A DNA stretch of 64,000 nucleotides from Patescibacteria group bacterium (GTDB lineage: Bacteria > Patescibacteriota > Minisyncoccia > Phycocordibacterales > Phycocordibacteraceae), in the NCBI GenBank assembly GCA_040390125.1, contig JAZJYZ010000001.1, positions 570,396 through 634,395 on the forward strand, written 5' to 3'. The notes under the pieces were generated by a model. It worked only from the letters and a program-made list of their open reading frames with translations. It did not search any database and had not been told where the DNA came from. Numbering within the stretch: the stretch's first letter is position 1; each line of letters begins with the position of its first letter. The translations under genes and the position numbers were made by a program. This document shows positions 56,109 to 64,000 of this stretch, one piece after another.

Positions 56109-56252
56109 ATGGATTCAGAAATCGACCTCGCTGCGGAGCACGCAGACGAAGAAGCCAGACAAGCCGAAGAGAAAGCTCGACTAGCACACGAAGCCGCAGC
56201 TGCGGAACATGAAAGGTTGGCTGAAGTAGAAAGGCAAAAAAGCGTTTCGTAG
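56109..56252 (+). CDS. Small acidic coiled-coil protein (47 aa)
   Basis: MDSEIDLAAEHADEEARQAEEKARLAHEAAAAEHERLAE...; TATAAT upstream. Confidence 0.55.
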   Translation: MDSEIDLAAEHADEEARQAEEKARLAHEAAAAEHERLAEVERQKSVS

Positions 56253-56361
56253 CACCTGACTTATGACTTAGCTCACGACTTCCAATAATTTTTGCACACG
56301 ACGTGAACTCTTCGCTGGAGGACTATGTTCAATCTGGAAACTCAAGACCACTAGAAACCTT

Positions 56362-56886
56362 TTAGTCGTTTGCAAGCTGTTTGCCTAGCTCATCTTCTAT
56401 CACATCGCTCTCTAAACTCTTCAACATGTCTTTAAGATCTGCGTCTTTAGAAATATCAATGCCGTTCTTTTCAAGAAGAAGAGTTTGCAGGTAAATTAAC
56501 TTCGTAATCTCGCTTTCAGCGTAGGTGTTGATGTAGAGCTCCACTTCTTCTCGAAGTTCGGCAATTTTAGTTTCTCGATTTTGTGAGATAAGCACAATGA
56601 TTGCAAGAAAAATCGCCTCAAGCGAAACCACCATGGTGAGAAGCCCGAATGGAAATGGGTCTGGTGTAGGGATACCTGAAAACATGCCGGAGTTCCATAC
56701 AATCCACACAAGAAAGAACACTGCGTTAAGTACGAGAAAGAAAACAGTACCGAACGATTCAGTCAGGAAATCTGCAATTTTATCAACGACAGTTCTTTTG
56801 GCGTTAGCACGTGCTTTAAAGCTCTGAATGGCACGTCGCCTTCGTGAGACTTTCTCTCGGCTAAAAGTAGGCTTGGTAGGATTCAT
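56362..56886 (-). CDS. DUF1003 membrane protein
   Basis: DPFPFGLLTMVVSLEAIFLAIIVLISQNR. Confidence 0.93.
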   Translation of the reverse strand: MNPTKPTFSREKVSRRRRAIQSFKARANAKRTVVDKIADFLTESFGTVFFLVLNAVFFLVWIVWNSGMFSGIPTPDPFPFGLLTMVVSLEAIFLAIIVLISQNRETKIAELREEVELYINTYAESEITKLIYLQTLLLEKNGIDISKDADLKDMLKSLESDVIEDELGKQLAND

Positions 56887-56951
56887 TGGATATATGATAG
56901 CAGGCTACACGAAACAGATTGTCGTATTCCATGGGATGAGTATGGTATCAC

Positions 56952-57293
56952 GTGGAAAATGCTACACTCCTCAATGCTTCAACTATGGATAGAAAAAGAA
57001 CAGAGGGCTCCAGAGAGAACGTGGAGATAAAAACCGTTAAAGACGCCTATCTTGAATCTAGAGGGACGTCCCCAGGTGAAAGAGCGCTAGAATCCGTCAT
57101 CGATCAGTTTCAAGAAAACCCAAACTCACCTGCCCTGAAAAGATTCAAGCAGGATGGATATTATTTCTTTTTTGGTACTGTCAGCGGAAATTACGTAACA
57201 TGCTTGCATCGAGCCGGGCAAAAGCTTGACCGTATGGCAACGTGGCTCGGAGCTCCTTGGAAAAAAGATTTTTACGTCGTTGGTTCAGAGTAA
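56952..57293 (+). CDS. Hypothetical protein
   Basis: 113-aa ORF; start 56952 or 56984. Confidence 0.6.
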   Translation: MENATLLNASTMDRKRTEGSRENVEIKTVKDAYLESRGTSPGERALESVIDQFQENPNSPALKRFKQDGYYFFFGTVSGNYVTCLHRAGQKLDRMATWLGAPWKKDFYVVGSE

Positions 57294-57313
57294 AATGGAA
57301 GTATAATTCCCCT

Positions 57314-57562
57314 ATGCACTGGCAAGATATCGTTCTCTCAATCGGACAATATATTTTCGTCCTTGCTCTCCTCCCTTCTGTATTCGGGAAAGATAAACCT
57401 GCGCTTTCTTCGAGTTTGCTCACGGGCAGTGTTCTTGCGGTTTTCAGTGCGGTATATGCAACACTCAATCTGTGGAGCTCCGCAGTCGCCTCTGCAATAG
57501 TTGCAGGAGTATGGTTTATTTTGGCGTGGCAACAGTACAGAAAGAAAAGAAATAGTACATAG
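57314..57562 (+). CDS. Small three-TM (SemiSWEET/PQ-loop-like) protein
   Basis: MHWQDIVLSIGQYIFVLALLPS; TATAAT just upstream. Confidence 0.7.
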   Translation: MHWQDIVLSIGQYIFVLALLPSVFGKDKPALSSSLLTGSVLAVFSAVYATLNLWSSAVASAIVAGVWFILAWQQYRKKRNST

Positions 57563-57590
57563 AACTTGAGGTAAGTGTTATAATTCCACC

Positions 57591-57995
57591 ATGAATAATA
57601 AACTAATTACCCTACTTATTGGTGTCATTCTTGTTGCGAGCGTCGGAGGGCTAGTCCTTTGGCAGAAAAATACTAAAAGCACTGCGCAAACAAGCGATAC
57701 CGCAACAACTCAAAACACTGAAACACCTGCTCAAACCCCGGAGGTACAAACTCAGCCAAGTGGCATTACAGGTGCAGATGTTGCCAAACACGCCTCAAGA
57801 AATGACTGCTGGTCAACTATTAATGGGAATGTGTACGACCTAACGAGCTGGATTCCCAATCATCCCGGAGGCGAGCAAGCAATACTACAGCTATGTGGGA
57901 AAGACGGTTCGGCAAAATTCAATGGTCAGCACGGTGGAGCTGCAAAACAAGCAGGAATTCTTGCTGGTTTCAAGATTGGAATTTTAGTTCAATAG
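57591..57995 (+). CDS. Cytochrome b5-like heme-binding protein
   Basis: VAKH..DCWSTINGNVYDLT..HPGG..CGKDG..QH. Confidence 0.93.
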   Translation: MNNKLITLLIGVILVASVGGLVLWQKNTKSTAQTSDTATTQNTETPAQTPEVQTQPSGITGADVAKHASRNDCWSTINGNVYDLTSWIPNHPGGEQAILQLCGKDGSAKFNGQHGGAAKQAGILAGFKIGILVQ

Positions 57996-58001
57996 ATTTT
58001 T

Positions 58002-58364
58002 ATGACACGAGTGCAGTTTGGGGTACTGGTATTGCGTCTTGGACTTTCGGCGGTATTTCTTTGGTTTGGGTTCTCACAACTTATGGATGGAATCGCTTGG
58101 GTTGCCTGGGTACCGGAATGGGCAGTAAACCTGCTTCATTTACCACCAGCTATGATAGTCCTTGGAAACGGATTGTTTGAAGTAGTATTTGGAACCTTAC
58201 TTGCCATTGGATTGTGGACGCCATATATCGCACTCATTCTTGCGCTTCACTTGGCGGTTATTACTTTCGATATTGGACTTACCGCAATCGGCGTACGGGA
58301 CTTCGGACTCACCATTGCAACTATTGCACTAGCGCTTTTGGCAAAGAAAGACAAAGTAGTCTAG
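58002..58364 (+). CDS. DoxX family membrane protein
   Basis: LRLGLSAVFLWFG, GLFEVVFG, VRDFGL. Confidence 0.88.
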   Translation: MTRVQFGVLVLRLGLSAVFLWFGFSQLMDGIAWVAWVPEWAVNLLHLPPAMIVLGNGLFEVVFGTLLAIGLWTPYIALILALHLAVITFDIGLTAIGVRDFGLTIATIALALLAKKDKVV

Positions 58365-58380
58365 AGTTTTGAAACGGGTC

Positions 58381-59424
58381 CTAGAGACTAGCGTGGACAA
58401 GCGACACCTTTGTGCCTGTCGGTAAACTTTCTTTTTTAATACTCGCCTGCAATGAATTGGCCAGTGCTCCAATAATGCTTGTGCCAAGTCCAGGGCGGTT
58501 TGCGGTCGCTTCTTCATCCAATTGCCCAACACCGTTGTCCTGAATACTCAGTGTCCAGCCAGATGTATCTGAGCTATACGTCACTACAATTTTGCCGGGA
58601 CGACCATTTGTAAATGCGTGTTTTATGGCATTGATAACGAGCTCCGTGGTAATGAGCCCAAAGCTCACTGCCGTATCTGAAGAGACCGAGCCTTCACTTG
58701 CATCCACCTCAATGGTTATGGGTTTTCTGCCACCAATCATCGAGCGAGCTAAGCTTTGACAGAGTGCAGTTAAGTATTTTGCCACTACAATCTCTTCACC
58801 ATGGCCAATAGGGTCAAGCTGTTGCTGAACTGTTGCGATAGACATGATGCGTTCGTGTGCGTCTTCAAGGTGTGCTCGACTTTCTTTAGAGTCAACCATC
58901 TCAGCCTTCAGCACAAGGATGCTGGCAATAAGTTGCAAACTGTTTGCAATACGATGTTGCATTTCTTTGAGAAGTAAATCCTTCTGCGTCATGAGCTTTT
59001 CCCTTTCAGTTTCGAGTGCACGCTGATCCGTCACATCAAGAATAGAAAGAAGCATCTTCTTTCTATTGTTTTCATACCGTATCTCACGAGCATTCACCAT
59101 CATCGTTCGCTGTCCGAAAAAAGGAAAATCGTGCTCCACTTCATACCCCTTCACTACCGTATGTGTTGGAATGACTTGCTCAAGAAGAGTACGTAGTTTG
59201 GGAATATTCCATTGCCCGCCCGCGATGTCATAAAACATCTTCTCATTGGTATTCTCATGAGTAAGATCAAACTTTTTATAGAATGCATGACTTGCAACAA
59301 TCACACGCAAATCTTCATCAAGAACGATAAGTGGCTCGTGAATGGTATCAATAATCGCTTGCGTCAAAATATGACCATCCTTTGGGTCACTCAGTGGATC
59401 AAAAATGTGTGCACTGGAGCTCAT
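58381..59424 (-). CDS. Cytoplasmic PAS histidine kinase (HisKA_2/HWE-like)
   Basis: EMQHRIANSLQ, ELVINAIKHAF, DNGVG, GLGT. Confidence 0.92.
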   Translation of the reverse strand: MSSSAHIFDPLSDPKDGHILTQAIIDTIHEPLIVLDEDLRVIVASHAFYKKFDLTHENTNEKMFYDIAGGQWNIPKLRTLLEQVIPTHTVVKGYEVEHDFPFFGQRTMMVNAREIRYENNRKKMLLSILDVTDQRALETEREKLMTQKDLLLKEMQHRIANSLQLIASILVLKAEMVDSKESRAHLEDAHERIMSIATVQQQLDPIGHGEEIVVAKYLTALCQSLARSMIGGRKPITIEVDASEGSVSSDTAVSFGLITTELVINAIKHAFTNGRPGKIVVTYSSDTSGWTLSIQDNGVGQLDEEATANRPGLGTSIIGALANSLQASIKKESLPTGTKVSLVHASL

Positions 59425-59528
59425 AATTCAATGGTATACCCATTTGCTACGAAAGCGAGGAGTTTTTTGAGCAGGCAGACTTACCCTTTTGCATCCCAAA
59501 CGCTTTGAAAACAATGGAATTTCGCACG

Positions 59529-60203
59529 TTAGACCACCAGACGATACCCCACACCACGAACGGTTTCAAAGTGAGCTGAATTACTTGCTCCATGGAGTTT
59601 TTTACGCAAATTTTTCATGTGCACATCAAGCACATTGCTGTAGGTCAGTGCATTAAAGTCCCACACTTTGTCTGAAAGTTGTTCACGTGTGAATACTTCA
59701 CCAGGCCTCCGTAGAAAACATTCGAGAAGTGCATACTCCTTCAATGTTAAAGAAATCTCAATGTCTCCAATGCATACCCGATGCAAACTTGTGTCTATCG
59801 TAATATCACCGACGGTCTGGACAACCTTTTTGGAAACTGCAGGTCGCCTCGACACTGAAGCAACGCGAGCAATAAGCTCCGCTGCTGAAAATGGCTTAAC
59901 AACATAATCGTCTGCACCAGAATTCAGTAGATCAACTTTCGATTTTGTATCTCCCTGGCCAGTAAGAATAATTATAGGAGTAGTCACGCCTTCAGCTCTA
60001 GCAGTCTTAGTCAACGTTTTGCCATCCATGCTCGGCAAATCGAGGTCAAGAATTATTACATCGTAATCCTGGTGATACAAACGTATACGGGTTTGCGCCT
60101 CCACGCCATCCGTAAGTAAATCAGTAGAAAAGCCCTTGAGTTCAAGTATCTTCTTAAGATTTTTTCCGAGCTCTGGCTCGTCCTCAATAATAAGTAAACG
60201 CAT
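59529..60203 (-). CDS. OmpR/PhoB-family response regulator
   Basis: IIEDE, ILDLDLP, GADDYVVKPF, ETVRGVGY. Confidence 0.95.
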   Translation of the reverse strand: MRLLIIEDEPELGKNLKKILELKGFSTDLLTDGVEAQTRIRLYHQDYDVIILDLDLPSMDGKTLTKTARAEGVTTPIIILTGQGDTKSKVDLLNSGADDYVVKPFSAAELIARVASVSRRPAVSKKVVQTVGDITIDTSLHRVCIGDIEISLTLKEYALLECFLRRPGEVFTREQLSDKVWDFNALTYSNVLDVHMKNLRKKLHGASNSAHFETVRGVGYRLVV

Positions 60204-60230
60204 ACAGACCATACTACTCTACTTCTACCT

Positions 60231-60251
60231 ACATGAAGAAAACATGAAGAA
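60231..60251. promoter_or_regulatory. Tandem direct repeat ACATGAAGAA (11-bp period)
   Basis: 60231-60240 and 60242-60251, just upstream of the regulator. Confidence 0.5.
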
Positions 60252-60267
60252 CGTGAGAATCAAGTAA

Positions 60268-60298
60268 AACAAAACCCGCATAATGCGGGTTTTGTTTA
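60268..60298. terminator. Intrinsic terminator
   Basis: aaacaaaacccgcat a atgcgggttttgttt. Confidence 0.75.
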
Positions 60299-60320
60299 GA
60301 ATGCTTTTTTAATTTTTTTA

Positions 60321-60545
60321 CTACTGAGTAGAGGCGTCTCCTGTAGCGTTCGGTGTCACCGGGTTTGGCACCGTCACATTTATGTTTGTTGTGCCTGGTG
60401 TCTTCTCTCCCCCACTAAAAAATCCATTCTGATATAAGACTATGCCACCAACGACAAGTGCAATAATAACCACTAAGGCGACGACCCATCCTGCCGATCC
60501 ACCGTCATTATTGTTTCCCGGAGTATTTACAATTGTATCTGCCAT
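60321..60545 (-). CDS. Small single-TM protein
   Basis: GWVVALVVIIALVVGGIVLY; followed by a terminator. Confidence 0.75.
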   Translation of the reverse strand: MADTIVNTPGNNNDGGSAGWVVALVVIIALVVGGIVLYQNGFFSGGEKTPGTTNINVTVPNPVTPNATGDASTQ

Positions 60546-60613
60546 AAAAAATATTTATATAAATGAATAAATGCTCTCTTAGCATATCCCGTACTAAATG
60601 AAGAAGGGGTGAA

Positions 60614-61882
60614 TTAAAGGTTTGTTTTTAACAGAAGCCGGGCGCCTATGAACGTCAGAGCCGACGAGAACGCCAACAAATAAAGACCAGCGACTAGCAT
60701 TTCCTTTTCACTATGAAGCAAGGTGATAATCCCAAGAAATATTACTCCAATCAACATTCGCCAGAACCATAACGATAGATCTCGCAATATCATTGTGGCG
60801 TAAAAATCAGAGTTCTCTCGACCCATGGACTCCATGGTTTTTAAATCGGTCACATGAATAGAGACACGCAAGAGCGGTGCCACGATGCTCTCAATGATTG
60901 TGTAGACAACTAAAGCTATAAATGTGAACACCGCCCCAAACCAGACGGTAGTAAGTACCATGATTAGTGTCATGATTCCAAAAATGAGCAAGCGGTTTTC
61001 TGATGTACGATGATGAGCAACCATAAGCACACATACAGCCGAGAATAATCCCAAGAGTGTGCTGAAAATGCCAACATTCAGTGCTGACCCAAGGATGAAG
61101 AGCACCACTAAAGAAGGTACGATGTTTTGCAAGATGTCATGAAAGGCACCACCGGAGAGATATATTTGTGCAATTTGATTTTTCCTGTTTGAAAGAAAGT
61201 GCCACAAGTCGGCCAATCGTATAGGGGCTGGGCGATAATCGGCGAGTGCAGAAAAGCAAAAGAAGCCGAGGAGATAAAATACCGGAGTGATAATGAAAAG
61301 CAAAGTTAGGTTACCTATATGGAAAACCATACCAGAAATCCAAATCAACAAAGTCGCTAGCGCAGGACCGAGGAATGAAAAAACCTGACTGCCGGCTGAC
61401 AAGAGTGACGAATAGAAATCTCGCTCTTCATCCTTCGTTTGTGAGAGTTCAAACGTATGAACCGTGAGCCAGAAAAGCCCGTTCCCTATTCCTAGAAAAG
61501 TCATCGCTATGCAAGCTGCTATCATGCTTGTGCCAGAAATCAGCACAATGAAGCCAAGCGTCATAACCACGAAGCTTGCTGCAAATCCTTGCTTTATATT
61601 GCGACGCCAGCGACTGGCAAGATATCCAAAAACACAAAAACCAACCATCGTGCCGGTGTTGAATAGCATTGATGCAACGACATTGAAAAAAACACTTGTA
61701 AATCTCTCGTAGAGGAATATCTGGGTGAAGATTCCCGTTACACTGCCGGTAAAGGTGAATATCCAGAATAGGAAAACCAACGAGCGGACAGGCGGACGCA
61801 GACCTTTGAAACGAGCAAGAGTTTTTTGAAACATGCTAAGAAAAGCGGAGGTTTGGCCATTCGTCTTCAAGTTTTGAGACAA
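60614..61882 (-). CDS. MFS-type transporter
   Basis: About 12 hydrophobic segments; start may lie downstream. Confidence 0.78.
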   Translation of the reverse strand: MSQNLKTNGQTSAFLSMFQKTLARFKGLRPPVRSLVFLFWIFTFTGSVTGIFTQIFLYERFTSVFFNVVASMLFNTGTMVGFCVFGYLASRWRRNIKQGFAASFVVMTLGFIVLISGTSMIAACIAMTFLGIGNGLFWLTVHTFELSQTKDEERDFYSSLLSAGSQVFSFLGPALATLLIWISGMVFHIGNLTLLFIITPVFYLLGFFCFSALADYRPAPIRLADLWHFLSNRKNQIAQIYLSGGAFHDILQNIVPSLVVLFILGSALNVGIFSTLLGLFSAVCVLMVAHHRTSENRLLIFGIMTLIMVLTTVWFGAVFTFIALVVYTIIESIVAPLLRVSIHVTDLKTMESMGRENSDFYATMILRDLSLWFWRMLIGVIFLGIITLLHSEKEMLVAGLYLLAFSSALTFIGARLLLKTNL

Positions 61883-63476
61883 GAAAGTCGCCCGACACTC
61901 TTTCAGGAAATATTACGTAATCAGCTCCCGCCTCTTTGAGAGTCTGCTCCTGGCCAGCATCCACTGTTCTAACAACAATCTTAGCTTTCACTTTTTTTAT
62001 CCGACATGCATCCAAAAGTGCCAAACTATCTCTCATCCCGCTTGCGGTCGAAACGATGAGATGTGCAGTATCAAGTTGCAGGGTATCCATTATCTCTGGG
62101 TCGCTCACGTCGCCATAAAGCGTGTGGTACCCCTGGTCTCTAAGGCGTCGAACAGTCGTAGGGTTGTAATCGAGCACCAGTGTTTCTATGTTCGCTTTTT
62201 TCAAATATTCGATGACTGCCTTCCCCACCCGGTCTGCACCAATAACAACCACGTGGTTGTTAAGTGCAGGAAGAACCGTATCAGGAAGCATGTCGACCGC
62301 TTCCCGACTTTGAAATCGAGCGACAAGAGGTTTCATGAATCTATAGATAAACTCCGAGTGATTAATGAGTACGGATGAAATCATAATGGAGAGCACCGCA
62401 GAGCCAGCAATAACGGCGAGCGCTGACTCAGAAGCAAAGCCGTGCTCCACGGCGAGAAGCACAACAATCAGTGAAAACTCCGATACCTGAGTCATGTTGA
62501 GAGAGGTATGGAAAAGAGTGCGTTTTCGGAATTTGAAAAAACTTAATCCCACAAGATACGCAAAAGGCTTCACGGAGAGTGCGAGAATCGTAAACCCAAT
62601 AATCATCGGCAAAGAGTCCATAATGCCTCCGAGGTCGACTTGAGAACCGATGTATATAAAGAACAATGCAACAAAAAAATCCCTGATTGGTTTTACCTTA
62701 GCCTGAATCTGAATTTGATACGGAGAAGAAGCAAGCGCAACGCCCGCAAGGAATGCACCAATAACCACAGAAAAACCTGCTAACACCGCCACGGAAGTAA
62801 AAATAAAACACCAAGTAATCGCCGTTAAAAACAACAACTCGATAGATTTTGCAACTCCGTTAAACAATGTAGGTAGAACGTAGCGAGATATAAGAAATGC
62901 CACACCAATCAATGCACCTGCTTTGATTGCGAAGACCATAAGAGGCATCAACACTGCCGTACTAAATCCGTAGGAGATGATGTTTTCCGTAATGGCAACC
63001 ATCGCAATAATGGCGACCAAGTCTTCTATGAGCAAGATGCCTATGGAGAGCTTTCCGTAGAGAGATGCGGTGTCACGCTTTTCAGAAAGCATCTTCACGA
63101 TGACAATCGTAGAAGCAAATGCGAGTGCAATACCCAAGACACCAGCTTCTATTGCCGGAAAACCGAAAAGTGTTGCAAGAGCAAAACCAGCCACTGAAGA
63201 GAGAGCAATCTGAAAAAGAGTTGCAAAAATAATCGGACGACCCAAAGAGCGAATTTCGCTCAAATTGAGTTCCATCCCAATCAAAAACAAAACAAAGGCA
63301 ATGCCTATCTCAGGCAGTGTATGGAGAATAGTTGCACCCGAAAGGCTGAGCGCAGACAGTGCAACTCCCGCCAAGAGATACGCCATAACCAAAGGTAGCC
63401 GAAACCGCATCGCCACATACCCAATGACGCAGGCAAGCGAAAGCATGACGGCAAGCTCTACAAACACACTATCCAT
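61836..63476 (-). CDS. CPA2/Kef-type cation:proton antiporter with KTN (TrkA-N) domain
   Basis: LFLIGMEL, LLIEDL, FFVALFF, QVSEFS, GADRVG, YGDVSD. Confidence 0.93.
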   Translation of the reverse strand: MDSVFVELAVMLSLACVIGYVAMRFRLPLVMAYLLAGVALSALSLSGATILHTLPEIGIAFVLFLIGMELNLSEIRSLGRPIIFATLFQIALSSVAGFALATLFGFPAIEAGVLGIALAFASTIVIVKMLSEKRDTASLYGKLSIGILLIEDLVAIIAMVAITENIISYGFSTAVLMPLMVFAIKAGALIGVAFLISRYVLPTLFNGVAKSIELLFLTAITWCFIFTSVAVLAGFSVVIGAFLAGVALASSPYQIQIQAKVKPIRDFFVALFFIYIGSQVDLGGIMDSLPMIIGFTILALSVKPFAYLVGLSFFKFRKRTLFHTSLNMTQVSEFSLIVVLLAVEHGFASESALAVIAGSAVLSIMISSVLINHSEFIYRFMKPLVARFQSREAVDMLPDTVLPALNNHVVVIGADRVGKAVIEYLKKANIETLVLDYNPTTVRRLRDQGYHTLYGDVSDPEIMDTLQLDTAHLIVSTASGMRDSLALLDACRIKKVKAKIVVRTVDAGQEQTLKEAGADYVIFPERVSGDFLVSKLEDEWPNLRFS

Positions 63477-63528
63477 GTAGAGGATTATACTCTGAACCAA
63501 ACTCCCTGAATACCTATATACTTAAGGT

Positions 63529-64000
63529 ATGAAAAAAGGAACATGGATTGTGCTTGGTATCGGGATACTCGTTGCGACAGGGGCTTTTGTAATTACGAAG
63601 CAGGCAGAAGCACCAACTGTGGGTACGGATGTACAAACAACCTCCCCTTCCGAATTACTTAAGGGTGCAAATTTCACGGTTCCCGATTCTGATGTTTCTG
63701 TTAGCCTGGTAAACGGTGAAGCAACTTTTCCAAACGGGAACATTCTACTGCTAGACACTCTCACAGCGGAGTGGAAAAAAGATGAACGAAAAGATTTGGT
63801 CGCAGTGTTTGCAGTCAATACTGGCGGTACAGCGAGCTTTCTTTACCTTGTACTGTTTGATGTGAACGGAGATATACTCACAAAAAAATCAGAAGGTTTT
63901 CTTGGCGATCGCATCAACATAACTCACGTTGGTATAGGAGAGTTAGTGCATGGAGGGGCAGATTACCGGGTCACTGTACAAACCCTTGAGCGCAAAGAGA
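63529..64000 (+). CDS. Exported hypothetical protein (runs off window)
   Basis: MKKGTWIVLGIGILVATGAF...; open to the window end. Confidence 0.75.
   Translation, partial: MKKGTWIVLGIGILVATGAFVITKQAEAPTVGTDVQTTSPSELLKGANFTVPDSDVSVSLVNGEATFPNGNILLLDTLTAEWKKDERKDLVAVFAVNTGGTASFLYLVLFDVNGDILTKKSEGFLGDRINITHVGIGELVHGGADYRVTVQTLERKE

Overview
Core-chromosome segment of a small-genome bacterium. Gene order, leaderless-type promoters and gene content suggest Patescibacteria/CPR, probably Parcubacteria (inference). TGA is used as stop, so code 11. Housekeeping blocks: rplU-glmS-rmuC, mraZ-rsmH-ftsL-ftsI-murF, frr-rseP-proS-mreBC-mrdA-greA-class I lysS, alr, mreB paralogue, murA, priA-def-fmt, pepQ, hpf, pyrF. 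These are interleaved with orphan clusters, a proACB cassette and a KAP-NTPase/NYN island at tRNA-Glu. The most striking signal is non-coding, with several families of short palindromic elements: (1) a GIY-YIG nuclease gene enclosed by the same ends as two gene-less two-hairpin copies; (2) 23-bp 9-5-9 sites bounding every gene of the tRNA-Glu island; (3) inverted arrays of 7-nt repeats at eight core-gene junctions; (4) T-ACG-A-loop palindromes and a TTCGAC..GCTCAG element, both also present in frame inside pepQ; (5) a 166-bp MITE; (6) a 31-nt structured motif shared by the proA leader and the mraZ upstream region. All comparisons were made by eye and no database searches were run.
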